NCBI GenBank assembly: GCA_015680685.1
Contig: MNCI01000178.1
Coordinates: forward strand, 13,883-73,395
DNA from: Gnetum montanum
Lineage: Eukaryota; Plantae; Gnetophyta
Length of the DNA stretch: 59,513 nucleotides
Direction: 5' to 3'
In this document: piece by piece, positions 51,189-59,513 of the stretch
How the letters are laid out: every line of letters begins with the position of its first letter
Position numbering within the stretch: the stretch's first letter is position 1
Notes under the pieces: model-generated
Told to the model about the DNA's origin: nothing
Databases searched by the model: none
Seen by the model: the letters and a program-made list of their open reading frames with translations, nothing else
Position numbers and translations under genes: made by a program

Positions 51189-52365
51189 GTTCTTAACTTT
51201 GGCGTCAAACGTAATTGTAGAAAGGACGCAGTTTTAAATGAATGTAAAGATGCTATAATTTTAAAAAATCAGACACTGACGAGTACAATGACTTGCGTAT
51301 ACCGCATCTTACACAAATTAAATTCAATTCAGAACGTGGCAATCGAATCAATTACAATAACCATGTTAGTTCGAATGCCAACATATTTATATGAAGGGTC
51401 ATTATTAAGGATGATCTCATTCCCTGGGGTTTCTAATAACCATCCAGATTTGGACCTGGCCTTCAATCCAATGGTAAGGTAGCACGACCTTTTGTGATAC
51501 CAAACCATCTTAGCGAGAGCATACCAACAATTTGACGGTTACCCCACAAATATGGGTAGCTTTTGGTGAAAAATAATTTCAATCAATTAAGGCCAAAACT
51601 TGTTGATTCTGTATACCTTGACGAATTTACATTTCCGAGGGAATGAGATTTCATAGAGCATATGCAAATTTACAATTAAAAAAATTGGATGGACGTCATG
51701 CAGTTGTTGCTCTTCCAATGCAATAACCCAACATAATAGCACAGGTTCAACTATGTGATACAAAAAACGAGAACTCTTGGTTAGCCACATTCACACACCG
51801 CTTAGGAACTATATTGGAGATCAGATTCAACAGCAGAGTGATTATGCACCTGCCCTGTAAAATAACGTTTATTCTTCTAGAAATAAAGAATTAACCTCCA
51901 GCTAATTTTAAATTTAATTTAGATTGGATACGTACTTTTATCAACCGTCCCGTGAGCTTGACATAAAATCCCACTGTCACGGCCAGACGGATATGAATAT
52001 ATGCAAAACAAAAAGTCTACAGAAAAACCCGGCTATTTGATAAAATTCGCTGAAAAATATTTAAATAATTGGTATAGAAAACACTACTCTAATATCAAAC
52101 TTCTGCTAATGAGATGCACATTCAAAATTGCCACAACACTAGAAAATCAACAATAATACAGATGTTTGTAATTACAAGAACTTTGAATTGCTATTTACTA
52201 AAAACTCAGTTCACACCTCCGCAGCAGCAAATTTAAAAAGAGTCACAGAGATCAGTTCACAGCTTAAACAAGCAGCTTTCAAGCAGCTTTCATCCGTATG
52301 TGTAGTCCAGGTTAAAGAAAAGAATTCACAGCAACAATATGAACTCTTTCGGAAAATTCTGCATT

Positions 52366-52438
52366 CTACTTCTCTTCTTTTGGAATGCTTCTCTCTGGTG
52401 CCTGGGATTCAATTTCTTTTGGTTTTGCAGGACCGTTT
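52366..52438 (-). CDS. Micro-protein exon 2
   Basis: TTGCAG acceptor; NGPAKPKEIESQAPERSIPKEEK then TAG; phase matches exon 1. Confidence 0.82.
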
Positions 52439-55400
52439 CTGCAACCAACTAAAACATGTCAGACTAAAGCTTTAAACAAATACATCCTACTATAAAATAA
52501 AGAACTTGTAGAATTTTTAGGTCTATCTGAAACACAAGAACAAAACAAACTGTAGAAGAATCACAACCATCTAAATCTTTGTATAGAGACTTTCCCTTCA
52601 AACAATTTTAGTTTAGACGTTGTTCCCTTTGTTGTCTGCTCATTCAGGAGACAGCAAACTGCTGCCTCTCTAACTCTCTAGGCATACAGTCAGTTTATTT
52701 AACATAGGTGGTACAGTTCCTCAATTAACTTATTGATAAACAAACAAAATACCGCCAATTGAGCTATCAATTCTTTGGCAAATATAGAATTTCTGGCACA
52801 ATGGCATCTTGAAATCTCATTCATGTCTATAAAATTCCAACTGAAAACCCCATAAAGAATATGCATGATATTAAATAAACAACCTTAAATACCAACAAAA
52901 ATATACTTAAGCTTATCAAGTTCCTATTAATTAAATCATATTACAATTAAACAAAGATGGGTGACCATCACTTGGTGTAATGGTAAGGTTGTTTTTCAAG
53001 TCCTAAGACTTGGCTTTGAGCCTGGATAGAGCCACTTGAAAGAGGTTTGGCTTTCACTCATCCACTGCCCTCTCAGGAACTTGCCTTGGAGGGATAAGCA
53101 TTGAGCCTCTGGGTGATAATCCTTTTTTATTACAATTAAACAAATACAAGTATACATTATAAAGGTTAGTAGTAATAAAATTGGAAAGAACAATGCAGGC
53201 TAGACTGTTAACCCTAAATAAATGCAGAAATTCAGAATCATTATAGAAGTTTGGAAATTCACCTAGCTATCAACTCTGCGGATGTAGATATTGGGGAAGG
53301 TGTATGGATATGCGTCTCTGTCTATGTCTCTATGAGAACAAAATCCTAGTTTCTGTGATGGTCAGGTCACACGACAAACATAATACATTATATATATAAT
53401 GTATAGTACATTCAAAAGATTTGTGTATATAACCAGACATGTACCATAGCATGAACTCACAAAATATATAGAGATAGCTGGAAGTTCTGGTTTTGGCCAA
53501 GCAGACAACAATGAGCATATTTAAATATTAAAAGTTCATTCATTTAAATAAAGTTATTCAAAAGCTCATCAGCATTATTTGGTAAGGTTTAAAGAGGAAA
53601 GGTACTTCTATTTAATATATATAGGCTATTTAAGACATATGATAGAACCACAACTTGGGAACACACTGTTTGGAGAGACTATGGATTTCTCTATGAAGGC
53701 AGAGCTACACCAACAATTTGCTTTATGCCTTTATTTGTTTGTCATTATCATGGATGAGCAGACTATAGAAATATAAGATAATATCCTTTGATGTATGCTC
53801 TTTTGCAAATGATACTGTGTTGGTGGATAAATCTGAGAAAGCTCTAGCTACAAAAATGGACTTTGAGAACTATGATGGAATCAAAGAGGTTAAGGATCAG
53901 CAGAAGTAAAACAGAATACATGAAATGCATTTTTTGTGGAAATGCAAGTCATGAAGACATGAATATTAGAATTCAAAACCAAGAAGTTACACAAAACAAA
54001 CAATTTAAATACTTAGGATCAATTGTGCAAACGGATATTGAGATTAACAGCAATGTTACAAACATAATTAAAGCAAGCTGGATGAAGTGGCATGAATCTA
54101 GTAATATGGTGTACATTGAAGGAAAAGTTCTATGCAACTGCTATTAGACCTGTGATCTTGTATAGTGCAAAATGTTAGCCTATCAAAAAGAATCGGATGT
54201 GAGAGTTTGCAGTAGCAGTGAATTGAACTTGGAATGATTCATGGTATCAAATCTGCTAAAAAATGAAAAATTATCTCACCATGACTTGACGATGGGTCGT
54301 GGTAGGGACCACAACTTGACGATGGGTCGTGGTAAAGGTTCTAGTAGAGGAAAAATCAAAACTGAGAAAACCACAACTAAGCAACAAGCCATTGTGAAAT
54401 CACAGTCCTTTTGCAATATTGGAATTCTTCACCAGGTGTCATACTGAATGACCACAAGCTGTGTTCTTCTTGCCACAACCTAATCACAGGTTGTAGTTCT
54501 TACAATTTCAGGACCATGAGTCATGTAGCACTTGCGATTGACTTCTAGGCTAAGTCATTGTGAAATTCATTTTCTTTAATAACTTAAGATTGACAAATCA
54601 GATCTCAATGAAACTTGGTTGTATGGATTCACCTGAACCTGTTCTATGTCCTGAAAGATTCAAATACAAAGAATTTAACAAATCTTGATTGAATTGGATC
54701 AAATTAGCAAAGATATCTTTTCAGCATCTTGAAAACTTGAAAATTGATAAAAACGTATACAAATCACAAATGCCTCCGATTTCAATTGATGTTGAAGCCA
54801 GAAATGATTCTGTAAATTGTTTAAAATGAGTCAAAAACAGAATTGCTACTTAAATTTTATTTTTATTTTTATTTGCTTCAATTGGTACTTTGTGTGTTGT
54901 GTGAAAGAGAGAATTTGGTGTTTCAATGTTGCTGTGAAATTTGGTTAAGTTTCAGCAAGAGAATTTTATTCATTTCAATAGAAAATCACATACACATTTA
55001 TAGATTTGGCTTGGGAGCCAATCTATGTCCATGAGAGGAGACTTGTCCCATGGAAAATGGGCATAAATAATGAAAGGCCTTTAGGTTTTGAGGTTTTTCG
55101 CTTTCCTATCCACCCATCAATGATTTAAATTTAATAAAATATGTTTCACATGACTTTTGGACTTCTTGCTAATGGAATTCTAAGGAAACATGGCTTTTAC
55201 ATAGCTTAGTGCCATAGTTACAATAAACAATTAATTGGCTAACTAATGAACCATGTTGTACTTGTTTTGCAAAATAATAATAATAATATACCCACAATTT
55301 AGGTGTTAATGTTAATTTCACTCTTAATATTAGTGAATGGTAGAAAAGATGCAATATAGCCAATCACATGTAGTTGGGATAAGGCTAGGATGATGATTGT

Positions 55401-57402
55401 GCTAAAAAGCTCATCAACCTTTATTTACTATAAAAATTATAAACATGAAAATAATAGAAATTCTAACCATGTAATCAAGGAGCCACAATCTTGAACCTAA
55501 ATGATAAGTTCAGATAATCATTTTTATTTGAGTTTTGACTGAATATGCACGTGCTTTAAACTAGAATCAAAGCTTTGACAGGACCAAACCCTAGATTTGT
55601 GAACAATTTCAAAAGTGAAATTTTGATGTTTCCATTATTCAAAAACAAAACAAAACAAGCACCACTGGCAATTGAATCACATGTTTGGATTTGAACTTTT
55701 CAGATTTTCTGCTTTTTGTTTCATTGAGCAGCCTTCTGCAAGGCCTAAAATCTCATGAGGAAACATATTTCTAGATAGTGTAGATGATAAAAGGTGCGAT
55801 AAAACAATAGTTTGTAGATGTAGCATTTATTTATTTGTGTATTTGAAATAGCTCCTAACCTAGAATAGCAATTTTCCTTTTACAGATAAATGCATGTAAC
55901 CTCTCAAAATCCAGAAAACCGAAAATATCACAATTATATTGGGACTCAAGGTAAGTATATGCGCCAGTAACAGCCTACAAACATAATAGGCAATTTTGAT
56001 ATGCCTAATGATCTTGCTTCCCTTTGGAAGACTAAAAACCTTTTTCATGTCTGTATGACCTATGTCAGCAATGGGTGCCATAAATATGCCAGTAGTTTGA
56101 TATTGTATGGACAGTGAGTTATAATGAAGCACAACCAAATATTCAAATAAAAGCTGATCTGAAATAGATATAATAATTTGATGGCGGTCATAATCACGTT
56201 GCATATACAAATTCAACTGGATTTTTTCTTGCACAAGCATCTATCCCTTGAAGCCAGTCAAACCACAATATAAACATACTATAATTACAAACCAGTCAGG
56301 GTCATGAAACAAAATTTTGCTTTGACATACAGCCTTCGGAAATTCTTTTAAATTATTATTATTTCATTCTTGAAGGACGTTCACTAATTATTATTGAGAT
56401 ACATGTTTGAGTACCTCGACGCCTTAGAGTTCAACCCTCTGTGCTACACGTGACTTCTTTGAATTAATAATCACTATTCCAGAAACATTTTTGCTATAAA
56501 TTCTGATAAAATTCATGTATACTTGTTTTTATGGCCCCTCACTCTTTTTAACTATTGTTTTCATTGAAAGAAACAAACATAAACCCTGGCATCTAATAGT
56601 GTCACCAAAACAATCAGCAATCTTAGTAGGCATGACAGGCAGGCTGAACAAATTAAATATAATTGTTTTAAGGATATGTCTGGGAACTTGATTTCAATTT
56701 TCTTATTGAATGTGGTATCATACAAAGGGAGCATATCTGTGTGTCATGTCCAAAACCGAGGATTGTCTTACGTGAGGCGTTTTAAGCGCGGCCAACTGAG
56801 AATGCATTGCGGCTTGATCTGAACTGATGCAGGTTTTTCTTAAATGAACTTCAATCTAAAAATGCTTTCGTGTCAAATCCACATCAAATTTGCGATAAAA
56901 ACCAATGAATTTATTTACTTATTAAAACTGAAACGGAAATTACGCTCTGGCGACATTACGCATCTATTTGAAATAGTTTGAAAACGTCTAAAATTACCGA
57001 GCATCCTTAGTAACATTGGGAAAAAATTAACCAAATTTGTAACCGCAATATTTTATTTATTTGTTTGGGCTTAACCATCCGCGCATTAGCAGTAAGACAC
57101 GATCCTAACGCTAATAAACATAAATTTACGTCCAAGTTTGGAAAGCTTACTGCTTCATCTGAATATAAACAAACCAGAACGATTGATGTGAACTCCCAAC
57201 ACTACTTCAAATAAAGGAGCAATATTTGAGAAATGAAAATGGAAACCTACTTGGGAACATTTTTGGATTCCTCTTCGAGCCAATTGCGAATGTGGCGTAT
57301 GTTGCGTTGGAAGATTCTGCCAGAATCCTTAACATCTCCTCTTAGCAGCAGATAAACTGCTCCAACTCCCATCACAGTCAACAAGAAATTGGACAGAGCC
57401 AT
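52366..57402 (-). CDS. Small uncharacterised plant membrane protein, 74 aa, 2 exons (N-terminal TM helix + amphipathic helix)
   Basis: Exon 1 57402-57251, exon 2 52438-52366, joined by a GT-AG phase-2 intron. Protein MALSNFLLTVMGVGAVYLLLRGDVKDSGRIFQRNIRHIRNWLEEESKNVPKNGPAKPKEIESQAPERSIPKEEK*. Resembles a conserved plant uncharacterised family (from recall; not searched). The 5' region retains CpGs. Confidence 0.87.
52956..53128 (+). mobile_element. tRNA-derived SINE (Au-like) in the micro-protein intron
   Basis: A box TGGTGTAATGGTAAG, T-tail, perfect 16-bp TSD ATTACAATTAAACAAA (52940-52955 / 53129-53144). Confidence 0.88.
53581..55400 (+). mobile_element. 5'-truncated RTE LINE (RT remnant) interrupted by an unrelated ~1 kb insert
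   Basis: LHQQFALCLYLFVIIMDE, ISRSKTEYM, FKYLGSIVQ, GKFYATAIRPVILYS; 3' end TTGGGATAAGGCTAGGATGATGAT; flanking repeat AAAAGCTCATCA (53560-53571 / 55405-55416). Confidence 0.87.
57251..57402 (-). CDS. Micro-protein exon 1
   Basis: AAAATGGCT start context; 50 codons + 2 nt; donor AA|GTAGGT. Confidence 0.9.
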
Positions 57403-57472
57403 TTTCAGCGTCAACTGCAACAACAAATTCAGCTATTCGTTTTCCTCGCTGCTTATCTAGCAATTCCAATTC

Positions 57473-57680
57473 CAATTCCAATAGCCTTGCGAAATTGCTC
57501 CCCGTTGCCGAGGCCTATTGGGAGGGTTTGGAAGGTTTTTAGCAATTCCAATAGCCTTGCGAAATTGCTCCCCGTTGCCGAGGCCTATTAGGAGGGTTTG
57601 GAAGGTTTTTGGCAATTCCAATAGCCTTGCGAAATTGCTCTCCGTTGCCGAGGCCTATTAGGAGGGTTTGGAAGGTTTTT
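57473..57680. repeat. Three 70-bp tandem repeats in the 5' UTR/promoter of the micro-protein gene
   Basis: CAATTCCAATAGCCTTGCGAAATTGCTC..GGAGGGTTTGGAAGGTTTTT with period 70, near-identical. Confidence 0.96.
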
Positions 57681-58088
57681 AATCCTGCCATGGGAGGTAA
57701 TCGTGTTGTACAGCGGATAATATTTTGCATAAAATGTTACTCCTTCGTAAAAGTCAAGTCTCAAACAGAACAAGGTGAAGAAGATAATAAATTAAAAGTC
57801 AAATGATGCGAATACGATACAGAATCATAACTCAGTCAATTACATTTAATCAATACTTATCTTTTTCTGCGTAAATCAGAAAATGATGACTGATTATGTT
57901 AAAGTTGAGGATAGAAAAAATAATTTTTAATATTAATAATAAGAAAAATTAAATAGCAATCATGAAATTAAAGAAATAGAAACTTTTGTAAATGTTTTTA
58001 CTTGTATTATAGGAAACACTAAAAAATATAGATAGATGTCTATAAGCAAATTTGTACTTACCATCAATGTTAACTCAAATATCAAAAT

Positions 58089-58208
58089 TTATGTTGACAA
58101 GTAAGTTATAATTGATGGTAAAGATTCTTAGGTTAAGTGGCAAAGTAATTATGTTGACAAGTAGGTTATAATTGACAGTAAAGATTTTTAGGTTAAGCAA
58201 AAAAGTAA
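58089..58208. repeat. 60-bp tandem duplication
   Basis: TTATGTTGACAAGTA(A/G)GTTATAATTGA..AAAGATT..TAGGTTAAG occurs twice in tandem. Confidence 0.85.
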
Positions 58209-58222
58209 CAACAATGCACTAG

Positions 58223-58885
58223 TGATGAAACACTTTTTATCATGGACTACAATATCATAGATGCGATACTGCACCTCAACATACATTGTCGTAGATACGA
58301 TGTAATGGGTCATGGTTATGCCTATAAATATGAGCCCACCATTGGGTCAAAAATAAGTTTTGTCCAACACTTAGTGAAATTCTTACAATTTGTTTTTGTC
58401 AAGTTAGAGTTGTAAATGCCTCGAGTGTGGTTTTTAACAATTGTACATCGTTGTTATTCAAGTGGATTATTCCTAGACATAATTCATGAATGGTAATAAA
58501 GATCAAAATTATTCTTCATCATTACAACATCTCACATAGAATAGATTTACTTTTTAATGTTGTTTATTTTTACTATCATTTACTATTCCAATGTTCATTA
58601 GTAAGGTGAAATGAGTACAACTAGTTTCAAGTGTAAAGTGTAACCTTTTGGTAACCTAGTATTGACTTTGCTTAAATCGCTTAGTAGTAAAGTTACTTGG
58701 TAACCCTAGTAACAGTTACATCAATCTAGAGTATGTCCAAAAAACCAAGAATGAATACTTATAGCCATAGGATATAATAATTTTATATTTTCAGTGTACT
58801 TAGAGATAGAATATACAATCATTTTCACTATGTTTACACTTAGCATACTTAAGAGCCAATAGCATCATTTTATCATATACCTTAC
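58223..58885 (+). mobile_element. Old LTR fragment of the TGATGA-ended group
   Basis: TGATGAAAC start, CCTATAAATA at 58321; segment 58645-58735 resembles 35810-35895. Confidence 0.55.
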
Positions 58886-59309
58886 TAATGAGTAGTGGGT
58901 ACCCCCTATGCTCAACCATACGAATCACAAGCATTCACATGCAACCTAGTTAAATTCCGTGGATAGAACTAGTGTGGTATCTAGATTATTAAGCATTAAG
59001 TTGTTGTCTTCCCACTTAGACTAGCGGTAGCTTTGTCATGTATGGTTTAGTCCAAAGTGAGGCATACGATTATTGATGTTGTGTGGTCCTTAAACTACCC
59101 TTAACAATAACATAAAAATTAATTATTTAATTTAATTAATAATAAGAAGATAAATTCTAAGCTATTCTAAGGACGATGAGTGTCTGTTCCCAGCTTGTCG
59201 TACATGTCATGAACTCACATACCCATTGTTGGGATTACCAAGTGTTATGCTATTAGGCGAACTAAGTAATAATGCTATTACGATTACTAAGTGAATATGT
59301 GTTTGTGCT
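58886..59309 (-). mobile_element. Athila-like LTR fragment
   Basis: TAATGAGTAGTGGGTACCCCCTATGCTCAACCATACGAATCACAAG matches the LTR ends at 20196, 32327, 36574 and 43006. Confidence 0.85.
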
Positions 59310-59513
59310 TGATGAGACGTGGTTTGCGTCGGCCGCGATATCGCATCCCCCGCGATATCACGTCCTTCCCTGCGATATCGCGTACGCGATATCGCAGTCA
59401 GCCGTCATTTCTATAAATAAGAGGTGGCTCTCCCTTATTCGGGGATCCCAGTTTTAGTGTAGCGAAGCTCTGGCAGTTTGATCCCTTCAGAGTTAGAATT
59501 TTCCCGTGTCTGC
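59310..59513 (+). mobile_element. Start of a young CpG-rich LTR (runs off the window)
   Basis: Abrupt switch to CpG-rich sequence at TGATGAGACG; four GCGATATC(G/A)C motifs followed by CTATAAATA. Confidence 0.7.

Noticed and set aside
51967-52005. ATCCCAC as an snRNA USE with downstream TATA
   Set aside because: The USE match is incomplete, the spacing is poor, and no snRNA or telomerase-template sequence follows.
55945-55960. Minus-strand ATACTTACCT resembling the U1 snRNA 5' end
   Set aside because: The following sequence does not resemble U1, and no USE/TATA was seen; it is a chance match to a donor-site complement.
55860-56240. 126-aa intronic ORF
   Set aside because: No recognisable motif, and the composition is typical of AT-rich intron DNA.

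Overview
AT-rich land-plant nuclear DNA with strong C>T/G>A decay of repeats; a non-flowering vascular plant is plausible but cannot be established from this window. Two intact, convergent, spliced host genes are present. One is a 9-exon NOL1/NOP2/Sun RNA m5C methyltransferase (RCMT9-like, + strand, 2181-18343, 414 aa). The other is a 2-exon, 74-aa membrane micro-protein (- strand, 57402-52366). Between them lies about 30 kb of nested, decayed LTR retrotransposons: several Athila-like Ty3 elements, a chromovirus and a gag-only Copia element. Introns and flanks hold a hAT-type element, a solo LTR, Au-like SINEs, RTE and RTEX-like LINE pieces, a foldback element and a triplicated Helitron-like helicase 3' end. 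Best leads: (1) the Athila-like family carries a ~940-codon extra ORF whose upstream region copies the LTR's palindrome+TATA module, and each TGATGA-ended LTR family has its own palindrome array; (2) the micro-protein matches the TatA helix register; (3) the Helitron-like helicase end is non-canonical for plants. All coordinates and translations were derived by hand; no database searches were run.
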